Assembly: GCA_038243585.1 (NCBI GenBank)
Contig: JBBSQY010000035.1
Coordinates: 1-36,788, forward strand
Length of the DNA stretch: 36,788 nt
Direction of reading: 5' to 3'
Origin: Candidatus Sumerlaeales bacterium
GTDB taxonomy: Bacteria; Sumerlaeota; Sumerlaeia; Sumerlaeales; Sumerlaeaceae
The notes beneath the pieces are model-generated. The model worked only from the letters and a program-made list of their open reading frames with translations. It searched no databases and was not told the origin of the DNA. Made by a program: the position numbers and the translations under genes. Below are positions 1-8,833 of the stretch, in pieces (position 1 is the stretch's first letter; every line of letters begins with the position of its first letter).

Positions 1-379
1 CAAGACGGCGAATCTCATTGGAAATTGTCCGCTCCATGACCCGCTCTACCCCAAGGCGCGCCGCAGTCAGGCGTTCTTCCATCTCAAAGATGTCATCCGC
101 ATACCAGTTCTCCGCTTCCATTTCCAGTATGGCCTCTCGTAAAATCAAGGCAATCGGACTCTGTGGGAACTCAGGGGTCCGCCTGAAAACCTCCTCCAGA
201 CTTCCTGCCGTGTCCAAGACTTTATCAAAGCGGTCTGACTGCCCTCCCGCCACTCTCACCATTTTTAGCTTATAGAGAATGATTACCCACGAGATCACAG
301 ACAGACCCAGGCAGCCAATTAGGCAAAGCACGCCCATAAAGTCACTGTCTGTAACAGCCCGCACGATATCGACGTGCAT
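1..379 (-). CDS. MotA/TolQ/ExbB proton channel family protein (5' part, runs off the window)
   Basis: Not in the ORF track because it has no stop. Manual translation from ATG at 379 (GAGG SD upstream) gives MHVDIVRAVTDSDFMGVLCLIGCLGLSVISWVIILYKLKMV...ERTISNEIRRL, with the TM1 'LSVISWVII..K' pattern and the cytoplasmic loop ending 'E..RL' typical of TolQ/ExbB. Confidence 0.8.
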   Translation of the reverse strand, partial: MHVDIVRAVTDSDFMGVLCLIGCLGLSVISWVIILYKLKMVRVAGGQSDRFDKVLDTAGSLEEVFRRTPEFPQSPIALILREAILEMEAENWYADDIFEMEERLTAARLGVERVMERTISNEIRRL

Positions 380-428
380 CGCCTCAACGCCGGACACCGC
401 GAGCAGGGGACCAAAGTCATTCATCAAG

Positions 429-1349
429 TCAGCTTTGAATTCCCAGGCGCTCAAGAACGCCCTGAAGTTCATCAAGAGACTGGTAATGGATCTCGATTTT
501 GCCCTGATCTTCTCCGGTGGTTGAAATGGACACCCTGCAAGCCAGTGAGTCGACCAGCTGCTCCCGAAGGCGTTGGACGAATTCCGACTCAACTTTAGGA
601 GGCGTGCGCTGTTTGGATTTGCCCTTGCGAGACGCGCCAGCGTCTATCATTTCCTTGGCTTTTAGCTCTGCCTGCCTCACGCTCAGGTAATCTGTCACGA
701 TAAGATCCCTTAAGATCACCTGATCGCGATTGTTCTCCAGGGACAAGATGGCCCTGGCATGACCAGCCGTAATCCGCTCTGCCTCTATATCTTCCTGCAT
801 GTGGGCAGACAGGGTTAACAGGCGAAGGGCGTTAGCCACTGCGGGACGGCTTTTCCCTACTCGTTCCGCAATATCCTCGGCAGTCAGAGAAAAAGCTCTC
901 TGCAGGCTCTGATAAGCCCGCGCCTCTTCCAACGGATTGAGGTCCTCGCGTTGAAGATTCTCTACCAGGGCGTATTCAAGAAGGTCTTGATCTGACAGTG
1001 CATCAAGAATAATTACAGGAACCTCGCGAAGACCAGCCAGTTGCGCCGCGCGCCAACGACGCTCACCTGCAACAATCACATAGTCGTTCTTGCGAGGCAT
1101 TACAGCAATTGGCTGGATCAATCCACGCAGCTTAATAGATTCAGACAGGCCAAGTATCGCCTCTTCATCAAAATACTGCCGAGGCTGCGCCTCATTACGC
1201 CTTATAGCCGTAATAGACAAGACCGTTGGTGGAACAGTAGGGGAGGAATTTACCGGAGCATCCTTCACGCCATTCACGACTGCTTTAGTTGGCTTCTGAG
1301 GGAGCAGGGCTTCAAGCCCGCGACCCAGAGCTCGCTTTTTTGGCTGCAC
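429..1349 (-). CDS. parB: Chromosome partitioning protein ParB (Spo0J)
   Basis: N-terminal KKRALGRGLEALL, QPR, GLIQPI, the CTPase motif AGERRWRAA, ENLQREDL and HTH VGKSRPAVAN. Start placed at GTG 1349 (GAGG SD) instead of the track's TTG 1367. Confidence 0.97.
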   Translation of the reverse strand: MQPKKRALGRGLEALLPQKPTKAVVNGVKDAPVNSSPTVPPTVLSITAIRRNEAQPRQYFDEEAILGLSESIKLRGLIQPIAVMPRKNDYVIVAGERRWRAAQLAGLREVPVIILDALSDQDLLEYALVENLQREDLNPLEEARAYQSLQRAFSLTAEDIAERVGKSRPAVANALRLLTLSAHMQEDIEAERITAGHARAILSLENNRDQVILRDLIVTDYLSVRQAELKAKEMIDAGASRKGKSKQRTPPKVESEFVQRLREQLVDSLACRVSISTTGEDQGKIEIHYQSLDELQGVLERLGIQS

Positions 1350-2094
1350 GGATGACCTCTTCGGCAAGTGATATGTAGTTTCGAGTGCCCATGCTTCTAA
1401 AATCGTATAATATTATAGGTTTTCCGTGGCTGGGCGCCTCAGCAAGGCGAACCGACCTTTGAATCTGAGTCTTAAATACTTTATCCCCGTAATATTCCCG
1501 AACATTGGCGTCAACCTGCTGGGCGATGTTCAGGCGATTGTCAAACATTGTCATGACAATACCCAGCACATCCAGGTCTGGATTCACGCCGCCGCTCTTA
1601 ACCCGGTCAATGGTCTGCATGAGCATAGACAGGCCCTCAAGCGCGTAGTACTCGGCCTGCACTGGAATTATGACCTGATCGCAGGCCGCCAGAACGTTCA
1701 AAGTAAGCAGGCCAAGGGACGGCGGGGCATCGATAAGGATAAATTGATACTTATCCCGCAAAGGCAGCAGGGCGTTTTTAATGCGGTTTTGACGGTCATC
1801 CATCTCCACCAGTTCAAGCTCAGCGCCATAAAGATCCGAGGATGATGGAATAACCTCAAGGTTATCAACGGCTGTCTTCTGCGGCGCCGACGCACCATCT
1901 TCGGGATTTAATATTAACTGGTACGTGGTAATACCGGTCCGATCCACTGCCAGCGCCGACGACGCATTAGCCTGGGGATCGGCATCGACGAGTAAAGTTC
2001 GCTTACCTGCGGCGGCAAGGCACGCGGCAAGGTTGACGGCGGTGGTGGTCTTTCCGACTCCACCTTTTTGATTAACAAAGCCTATTGTGAGCAA
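1312..2094 (-). CDS. parA: Chromosome partitioning ATPase ParA (Soj)
   Basis: Deviant Walker A NQKGGVGKTT, DADPQAN, DAPPSLG, PVQAEYYALEG and RLAEAPSHG; directly upstream of parB. Confidence 0.97.
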   Translation of the reverse strand: MLTIGFVNQKGGVGKTTTAVNLAACLAAAGKRTLLVDADPQANASSALAVDRTGITTYQLILNPEDGASAPQKTAVDNLEVIPSSSDLYGAELELVEMDDRQNRIKNALLPLRDKYQFILIDAPPSLGLLTLNVLAACDQVIIPVQAEYYALEGLSMLMQTIDRVKSGGVNPDLDVLGIVMTMFDNRLNIAQQVDANVREYYGDKVFKTQIQRSVRLAEAPSHGKPIILYDFRSMGTRNYISLAEEVIRAAKKASSGSRA

Positions 2095-2168
2095 AGGGAG
2101 ATTAAATCCTGCGGGAGAATGCGTTGAGTTGCCAATGACTACGACTACGGGTCAATACAAAACGGGGC

Positions 2169-2184
2169 TGTTTCACGTGAAACA
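2169..2184. promoter_or_regulatory. parS: parS site 1 (TGTTTCACGTGAAACA)
   Basis: Perfect match to the consensus 16-bp bacterial parS palindrome; extends to a 20-bp palindrome at 2167-2186; upstream of parA. Confidence 0.95.
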
Positions 2185-2194
2185 GCTGTCGAAG

Positions 2195-2210
2195 TGTTTC
2201 ACGTGAAACA
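2195..2210. promoter_or_regulatory. parS: parS site 2 (TGTTTCACGTGAAACA)
   Basis: Second perfect parS palindrome, starting 26 bp after the first. Confidence 0.95.
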
Positions 2211-2215
2211 AACAC

Positions 2216-2629
2216 TTAATCGCCGCTCTTGGCAGCACCGCTACCGGACGGTTTAGAAGGGGAGGAACTGGCAGAATCGCTGCTTTTCGACTCGCCTCCA
2301 CCCTTTGAGGCACCCTCGCTCTTCGAGCTACCAGCCTTAGAGCTGTCGCCACTCCCGGATCCTGAATCACTGCTCTTGCTCTCGGATTTACTCCCTCCGG
2401 AATCTTTCGCCCCTCCACTGTCACGGGCACCACCCTCAGAACCACTTTTCCCCTTATAATCCGTGATGTAAAACCCGCTCCCTTTGAAGATCAGGCCCGT
2501 ACCGGCACTTAGCAGCTTAATCAATGCGCCGCCGCACGCCTCGCACGTATCCTTAGCGGGTTCTTTGATCGACTGAAAGTAATCGAATTCCTTGCCGCAT
2601 TTTGTACACTCATATTCGTAGGTAGGCAT
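2216..2629 (-). CDS. FmdB-family zinc-ribbon protein with Gly/Ser/Lys-rich disordered tail
   Basis: MPTYEYECTKCG...CEACGG...LIFKGSGFYITDY is the FmdB signature. Start at ATG 2629 (GAGGG SD) rather than 2683. Confidence 0.9.
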   Translation of the reverse strand: MPTYEYECTKCGKEFDYFQSIKEPAKDTCEACGGALIKLLSAGTGLIFKGSGFYITDYKGKSGSEGGARDSGGAKDSGGSKSESKSSDSGSGSGDSSKAGSSKSEGASKGGGESKSSDSASSSPSKPSGSGAAKSGD

Positions 2630-2733
2630 TGACGTTGATCCCTCTGTAATTCTTATATTATATGGTATCTGATGTTCATACACTTGAAACGCGCGGCCAT
2701 TGTCGCTACTTTGCTGCTGGAGTTACACTCGTC

Positions 2734-4203
2734 TTGTCGAAGATACTGGTTGTAGGCACCGGGCCTCTCTATTCTCCCGAAATCAAATTTTTTTGCGGAC
2801 AATCTCTGCGAACATGGCACCTAACGGATGCCCTAATTAAGGCGGGCCATTCCGTCGAGCTCATTGTCATACAGACCGACGGGCACACGCCGCCGCCTGA
2901 ACTGGAGGGGCACGTCGCCCAGGCCCGCTATGGGACGTTTAACTACGGCATTATCCATTCCTGGAATCCTGGCGTAGTACTTAACATTCTGCAGCAGGTA
3001 CACGATGCCAACACGTTCGACGCAATTATAGCCATTAATGTCAACGCAGCGGCTATTGCGGCGCAGCTAAAAACACGCCTCCCGTTCTGGGCCGACCTTA
3101 TGGGCCACATGATGGGGGAGGCGCAGGCGAAATGCGGAACAGAGAAGTCCGACGACCTCCTGCTGCACTTCTGGTCGCGCCAGCGCAGCGTGTTGCGGCG
3201 GGCAGACCGGATTTCCGTGTCTGCACACAAACAGATGTATGCCGTCATAGGAGAACTCGGCGTGTTGGGGCGTCTCGGCTATAAAAATGCTGCGCATTCG
3301 TTTTGTTCAGTTATTCCCATCGCGGCGGACCCAATGTTTCTCAACATGGACCTCCCAGTAACTGAGAAGCATTACAGAGGCACGATATTCCCGGATGACA
3401 CGTTTGCGGTGCTCTGGACTGGTGGCTATAACACCTGGACAGATGTTAGCGCCCTTGCCGCCGCGCTCACACTGGCCATGGAACAGGTCCCACGGCTGCG
3501 GTTCGTCTCCACCGGCGGCGCTATTCCTGGCCATAACGAGGGGACTTATCCGGAGTTTAAGGATCTAATGCGTCGCAGCGGTTTTGATGACCGCTGTCAT
3601 TTCCTCGGATGGGTTGAGGGAGGAGAGCTTCCACAACTCTACGCGGAATGCGATCTGGGCCTCAATATTGACGCCATGAGCTACGAAACCCTGCTTGGCG
3701 GACGAAACCGGCTTGTAAACATGATGGCAGCGGCTCTTCCTATATTGACGACGGTCGGCACTGAACTGAGTGAAATAGTGGCCGACAGTCGCCTCGGCTA
3801 CACCGTGCGCATCGGACGGGTGCAGGAATACGCCGACGCGATGGTTCGCGCGTCAAAAATCTCTCCAGAACGGCGGCAATTGGGCAACCGGGGCCGCGTC
3901 TATGTTAAAGACAACTTTACACCCGAAATTGTTTCAAAACCCCTGCTCAAATGGGCAGCTAACCCGGAGAATGCACCCGACAACAGAGATAAACTGGAGC
4001 AATTCCCGAACGAACATCGACTTGCGGCCATTGCTTCCAACCCCCTGGAAGCGGAGGGACTGGCCTTGGATCAGGGAATATTGGCAGATTATCACTCTCT
4101 TCGTCAGAAAGTCGCCGATATGGAGAGCGAAATGGCCCAGCTCCGGGGAAGCCGCTTATTTAAGCTGAGAGAAAAGATGCATAAGGTCCGACGACCTAGT
4201 TAA
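2734..4203 (+). CDS. Glycosyltransferase, GT4-like (GT-B fold), with C-terminal coiled coil
   Basis: KILVVG start, LIKAGHSVELI, RRADRISVS, CHFLGWVEGGEL..LYAECDLG and MAAALPILTT. Start probably TTG 2734 (GGAG upstream); the track gives 2662. Confidence 0.8.
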   Translation: MSKILVVGTGPLYSPEIKFFCGQSLRTWHLTDALIKAGHSVELIVIQTDGHTPPPELEGHVAQARYGTFNYGIIHSWNPGVVLNILQQVHDANTFDAIIAINVNAAAIAAQLKTRLPFWADLMGHMMGEAQAKCGTEKSDDLLLHFWSRQRSVLRRADRISVSAHKQMYAVIGELGVLGRLGYKNAAHSFCSVIPIAADPMFLNMDLPVTEKHYRGTIFPDDTFAVLWTGGYNTWTDVSALAAALTLAMEQVPRLRFVSTGGAIPGHNEGTYPEFKDLMRRSGFDDRCHFLGWVEGGELPQLYAECDLGLNIDAMSYETLLGGRNRLVNMMAAALPILTTVGTELSEIVADSRLGYTVRIGRVQEYADAMVRASKISPERRQLGNRGRVYVKDNFTPEIVSKPLLKWAANPENAPDNRDKLEQFPNEHRLAAIASNPLEAEGLALDQGILADYHSLRQKVADMESEMAQLRGSRLFKLREKMHKVRRPS

Positions 4204-4249
4204 TTTATTAAACCACTCAGTTGTGATTTTTAACATAAGGTGGCAGACC

Positions 4250-5359
4250 ATGCAGTCTCACGAATTTAAGTTCAAAATGCCTTTCGGTGAAACGATTGAC
4301 TGTCGTTTTCTCGACGACGCTGGCACTACCTTTTGGCTGGACCGCCTGCGAAGCTATCCGGAGATCCGCATGGGAGAAATTGGAGTCAGCCGCGCAGGGC
4401 GTACCATGTATGGACTTATGGTGGGGCATGGCGAATCGTATATGAGCATTACAGCCGGAGCTCACGCAGACGAACCCGCCGGTCCCATTACGGCCTGCCT
4501 GCTGGCCGCCTTTCTTGCTGGTGAATCTCCCCAGGCAGCGGAACTGCGCGATGCATTTACCTGGTTGATCTGCCCACAGGTCAACCCGGATGGCGCAGAA
4601 GCCAACAAAGGGTGGTTTGCGCCCATACCCGACTTTGAAACTTACCTGAAACACGTTAAACGGGAAGGCCCCGGCGACGACATTGAATTTGGATACCCGG
4701 ATATGCGCCCGGAAAACAAGGCTGTGGCTGAGTTTTTAGAGGCTGGCGCACCCTTCGAGTTCCACGCCTCGCTTCATAGCATGGGCGTCGCTGAAGGTGC
4801 CTGGATGCTGGTAGGCAAACCTATTTCCGGTAAGATTAAGGGATTGATTAACGAGCTTTCCCATTATTTTTTGAAGTCCGGCTTTCAACTTCATGATATA
4901 GAACGACGCGGAGATAAAGGCTTTAGCCGCATCGCCCCCGGCTTTTGCACTACCCCTACAAGCGTTGCTATGCGCAAACACTTCGAGAAGCTCGGAGATT
5001 TCGAGCAAGCTGACAAGTTCTCGTTGAGCAGCATGGAGTTCATCCAGCTAGACAACCCATCTGCAATTGTCATGGTCACAGAACTGCCTGTCTTTACTAT
5101 TAACGGGGGATACGTAAAGGGCCGCTCTCTGCCAAAGCCATCCTCGCGAGTCCCTAAGCCAGGGATGACTCAGTACGAGAAATTCCGGGCCGGCTTGCGC
5201 GATTGCATGGATAAAAACGACATGGATGGGGCGCTGGAATTAGGGAAAAAATTCGATATACAACCGGTGCCGTTTGAGGTGCAATGCGCGACACAGCTTG
5301 ATATCCTCATGATCATGTCATTCGCAATGGCCAATCACAACGATCAGGGACTTGATTAA
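4250..5359 (+). CDS. M14 family zinc carboxypeptidase-like protein
   Basis: HxxE zinc motif AGAHADEPAG, NPDG, third ligand in SLHS, and catalytic-type TELP. ATG 4250 follows the SD TAAGGTGG. Confidence 0.8.
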   Translation: MQSHEFKFKMPFGETIDCRFLDDAGTTFWLDRLRSYPEIRMGEIGVSRAGRTMYGLMVGHGESYMSITAGAHADEPAGPITACLLAAFLAGESPQAAELRDAFTWLICPQVNPDGAEANKGWFAPIPDFETYLKHVKREGPGDDIEFGYPDMRPENKAVAEFLEAGAPFEFHASLHSMGVAEGAWMLVGKPISGKIKGLINELSHYFLKSGFQLHDIERRGDKGFSRIAPGFCTTPTSVAMRKHFEKLGDFEQADKFSLSSMEFIQLDNPSAIVMVTELPVFTINGGYVKGRSLPKPSSRVPKPGMTQYEKFRAGLRDCMDKNDMDGALELGKKFDIQPVPFEVQCATQLDILMIMSFAMANHNDQGLD

Positions 5360-5406
5360 TATTTTACTGATCAATCCAGCCAGCGTCTGGTAGAGTACCA
5401 GTATCT

Positions 5407-5754
5407 ATGTTGCTGACTATTCTCAAATCCAAAATTCACCGCGCCACTGTAACCCAGGCGGAACTCGGCTATGTGGGAAGCATCACCATTGATCAGGATC
5501 TTATGCGCGCAACCAACTTGCGAGAACACGAAAAAGTTCACATTGTCAACAATAACAATGGTGAACGCTTCGAAACATACGTGATCACCGGCGAACCGGG
5601 CAGTGGCGTGATCTGTTTAAATGGCGCCGCAGCACGCAAAGCCGCCGTTGGCGACGTTATTATCATCATGGCCTTTGCTCAAATGACGCCAGACGAAGCG
5701 GATCAATTTGTTCCCGCTGTTGTTCACCCTGGCGACAGGAACCGGCTGCAGTAG
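5407..5754 (+). CDS. panD: Aspartate 1-decarboxylase
   Basis: [10 protein letters not shown], self-cleavage site [16 protein letters not shown] and LNGAAAR. Confidence 0.97.
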   Translation: MLLTILKSKIHRATVTQAELGYVGSITIDQDLMRATNLREHEKVHIVNNNNGERFETYVITGEPGSGVICLNGAAARKAAVGDVIIIMAFAQMTPDEADQFVPAVVHPGDRNRLQ

Positions 5755-5785
5755 CCCGATACTTTAGTGGGAGCCATTAAGGTCC

Positions 5786-6088
5786 CTATTCGGCGACGAT
5801 ATCCTGAGCTTCGAGCAATGAAATCCGATCTACCAGTAGTTGCAGCTGATCGCATGTGACCGCCTTGCCGTCTGCACCGGCCTGCGGAGCGTCGTCTGCA
5901 GCCAGTACTTCATTCAGGTTCATAAGCGCCTCCTGATAGCGGTTCAGATTGCGTGTCTCGAGCCGCTGAACCACAAGCGCCTTGTGTGGGAAATCTGGCA
6001 AAGCCTTAGCAAAGGCAATAACCTCGTCAATATTGACCATTTGAGTTTGGTCCATGGCTTGTGGATTATCCATTATGAGGGGCTCCAT
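5786..6088 (-). CDS. Hypothetical protein (small, helical)
   Basis: Fills the gap between panD and the DsbD-like gene with protein-like composition. The true start may be ATG 6073 (GGAG SD). Confidence 0.65.
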   Translation of the reverse strand: MEPLIMDNPQAMDQTQMVNIDEVIAFAKALPDFPHKALVVQRLETRNLNRYQEALMNLNEVLAADDAPQAGADGKAVTCDQLQLLVDRISLLEAQDIVAE

Positions 6089-6098
6089 TGGCTAGTAG

Positions 6099-6126
6099 TG
6101 TCGGGCAGGCAATCGCCTGCCCGACA
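6099..6126. repeat. Perfect 12-bp inverted repeat TGTCGGGCAGGC-AATC-GCCTGCCCGACA
   Basis: Seen directly in an intergenic position between co-oriented genes. It has no U tract, so it could be a terminator, a stabiliser or a REP-like element. Confidence 0.75.
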
Positions 6127-6197
6127 AGTTACGTATGCGGCTTCCTATAAATTTGTCACTGCTAAAGCACAATGAATTGTTTTAGTTGCAAACAATA

Positions 6198-7160
6198 TCA
6201 CATTTTCTGATTAAGTTCAAGCAATACCGGTTCAGCAGGCGAAGTGCCGGAAACTGGCTGGTAAACGAGCGTTCCTTCAAGGCGCCTGAGCGGCTCTGCG
6301 GAGTTTTTGCCCGGCTCTGCCTTCCAAGTGAACTTAACCGGCCCATCATAAGTTTTAATGCTTCCTGATGACTCAACTTTCCCATCAATAGTCGGAGGGT
6401 CTATAACATAGCCCGTCTGATCGACGGGAAAAAAGTTTGCAGGAAAAACACCATTATGCCCATCAGCGACCAGCTTTGTTCCAGCTGGCGGAGTGATTGT
6501 CATTTCGTAATTTGTGGTGCTCCCGGATGACGTGGATGTTAGCTTTACCTCGGAAGGCAGTTCGCCAACAGCCTTCGGGAGCATCTGGCGATACTTCTTA
6601 AAGATCTCCTGGTTAGCGGGTTTACCTGGCCCCACCGGGAGGGAAAGGGTGAGTTCCTTGCTGTTGGGAATGCAGCGATCGCTACACATCAGCCAGCGGG
6701 ATTTGGCAGTCACCTGCACCTGCCCGTTCTCAGGCAGTCCGGCCGCCTGCGCTTCCACCATCAACATGACTTCGCCATCATAACCATAGCTGACAACAGG
6801 GCCGGGAGACTGGAATCGAATTGGGGCGGGATACAGCGTTTCACTGACGGACGCACCGGGAGGCAGGCCCCACTGGACTGTTGTAGCGAAGCCGCTCGCG
6901 CCGGGAGATTTGTAATAGATGTGCCATTCTGGTTGGATCTTATAGAGAACCCCAAGTGTAAAAGTAGTACCAGGTTGCACAGCGGTCGTGTCCGCCATAA
7001 GAGTTGCCTGTACGATGGAGTCCTTGGCGGTGGCTGCCGGTGCGGCAGACTTGTTGACGGAGGTTGATTGAACAGGAGCGGATGGCTGGGCCTGACATGC
7101 GGCCACGAGGCAAAGGGCCGATGTAGCTCCTGCAATCTTTAGTAACGGTAAAGTACGCAT
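6198..7160 (-). CDS. Lipoprotein with protein-disulfide reductase DsbD N-terminal-like domain
   Basis: Lipobox LVAAC; VQPGTTFTLGV..I.PEWHIYYKSPGASG, YGY.GEV and WLMCSDRCIP (CxxxC); no DsbD transmembrane domain. Confidence 0.8.
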   Translation of the reverse strand: MRTLPLLKIAGATSALCLVAACQAQPSAPVQSTSVNKSAAPAATAKDSIVQATLMADTTAVQPGTTFTLGVLYKIQPEWHIYYKSPGASGFATTVQWGLPPGASVSETLYPAPIRFQSPGPVVSYGYDGEVMLMVEAQAAGLPENGQVQVTAKSRWLMCSDRCIPNSKELTLSLPVGPGKPANQEIFKKYRQMLPKAVGELPSEVKLTSTSSGSTTNYEMTITPPAGTKLVADGHNGVFPANFFPVDQTGYVIDPPTIDGKVESSGSIKTYDGPVKFTWKAEPGKNSAEPLRRLEGTLVYQPVSGTSPAEPVLLELNQKM

Positions 7161-7388
7161 TTGCGAAGGTTTTCCTTATCTTTTGTGCAATTTTCGACAA
7201 CGAGTTCGCGCTGCAACCCTGTGTCTTGCCATTCGACAAGGACTACCTGCTTTGATGTTCCAAAATCTGCCAAAAAGAAGAAAGAACCATATGGCAGATA
7301 TGGCTTGCCCTGATTGTCAGGATGGACTGCAACTTGTAGTACAAAGCACGTTGTTTAATCAAATTATGTATTTACCAAGGTCAGGCTT

Positions 7389-8633
7389 ATGAACGCTTTT
7401 AAAATGGCGGCGGTTATGTGTGCGTTATGCGCCCCAGCAATCGCTCAGACAGTAACCGATCCCGCACTGATTGTGGAACGGGTCTCACCCCTGGGTGGAT
7501 TATCCCAACCAACCGGCATGGCTTTCATCGGTACCAATGATATATTGGTAAATACCAAGAAAGGCGCCGTCCGCCGTGTGACCAATGGGATTGTGACGGA
7601 AACGCCGGTGCTGACATTGCCGGTAAATTTTAGAAGTGAACGTGGGTTGCTGGGAATCACCCTCCATCCAGAATTCGCCAGCAACAACCTGGTTTACGTG
7701 TTCCACACCGCTGCGGCCGTGTCTGCGGGTGAACCGATCGCAAATCGCGTTAGCCGGTTTACATGGAACGGCTCGACTCTTCAAAACGAACAGGTCATTA
7801 TAGATCTGCCAGTACTTCCCGGAGAAAACCATAACGGCGGAATCATCACCTTTGGCCCGCCGAATGTTCCGGCTTCGGTGCAGAAGCTCTTTATCATTAT
7901 TGGCGATTTAAATCTCAATAATCAAACGGAAAATTATGCAGGAGGCGCGGCACCTGATAATAGCGGCGTGGTGGTAAGGCTGAATGGCGACGGCGGGATT
8001 CCATCCGGCGCGGATAAAGGTCCGTTTTTCGACGTGGCCGGCGGCAACGTCAGCCTGCAATCCATGTATGCTTATGGCATCAGAAACAGTTATGGGATAG
8101 ACTTTGACCCGGTTTCCGGTGCGCTGTGGGATTCGGAAAACGGCCCTAGTGACAATGACGAGATCAACAGGATCGACCCCGCATTTAACAGCGGCTGGGA
8201 GCGGATCATGGGAGTTACAGCAACCCCGCCAGCGACGTTGGTCCAGTTTAGCGGCGTAGGAACCTACTCAAATCCGGAATTTACCTGGGCAGGCATCGTT
8301 GCCCCCACATCAGTTCACTTTTTACGCAGCGCTGCTCTGGGTTCCCAGTATGAAAATGACTTCTTTGTCGGCTGCAACAACGGTGCCAAATTGTACCGAT
8401 TCCAGCCTAATCCCACGCGCACCGGATTTGAACTTTCCGGAAATCTCGCAGACACGATATTGAACGCCGGGGACTCCGACGCACCTATCGTGTTTGGCGA
8501 AGGCTTTCGGGTGGTTACGGGATTACAAACCGGCCCAGACGGCTACTTATATGTCTTAAGTCTTCAAGATGGAGCCATCTACCACATCAAGCCGCTCGTT
8601 ACATCAATAGAGGGCTGGGGGCTTTACGAGTAA
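7389..8633 (+). CDS. Secreted PQQ-dependent sugar dehydrogenase (GSDH / soluble aldose dehydrogenase family)
   Basis: Signal peptide (AIA|Q), PTGMAF, ERGLLGITLHPEF, HNGG, YGIRNSYG, ENGP..NDEIN and GPDGYLYV beta-propeller motifs. Confidence 0.9.
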   Translation: MNAFKMAAVMCALCAPAIAQTVTDPALIVERVSPLGGLSQPTGMAFIGTNDILVNTKKGAVRRVTNGIVTETPVLTLPVNFRSERGLLGITLHPEFASNNLVYVFHTAAAVSAGEPIANRVSRFTWNGSTLQNEQVIIDLPVLPGENHNGGIITFGPPNVPASVQKLFIIIGDLNLNNQTENYAGGAAPDNSGVVVRLNGDGGIPSGADKGPFFDVAGGNVSLQSMYAYGIRNSYGIDFDPVSGALWDSENGPSDNDEINRIDPAFNSGWERIMGVTATPPATLVQFSGVGTYSNPEFTWAGIVAPTSVHFLRSAALGSQYENDFFVGCNNGAKLYRFQPNPTRTGFELSGNLADTILNAGDSDAPIVFGEGFRVVTGLQTGPDGYLYVLSLQDGAIYHIKPLVTSIEGWGLYE

Positions 8634-8687
8634 AGCCAACCCGTCTATCACTTCCCCGAAACGATGTTTGTTAATCGCTCATTTCTA

Positions 8688-8791
8688 CGCGCCGAAGGTG
8701 CGAAATACACCAACCCAGGGCAACGCCAGGGGGCAACTTGCCTGAAACCTCAAGGGCTGAAGACCCGGCTTATCATCCGGACTTCAGCCCT
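8688..8791. repeat. Cluster of imperfect palindromes (REP-like) between convergent genes
   Basis: CGCGCC-GAA-GGTGCG, CCCAGGGCAACGCCAGGGG, and AGGGCTGAAG (8753-8762)...CTTCAGCCCT (8782-8791). Confidence 0.5.
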
Positions 8792-8833
8792 GAAATTTTC
8801 TACTGAACTTCGCCCTACTTTGTGTTGCCTATC

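Noticed and set aside
2216..2450. Repetitive DNA as a possible tandem repeat or CRISPR
   Set aside because: It is the Gly/Ser/Lys low-complexity coding tail of the FmdB protein, with no repeat-spacer periodicity.
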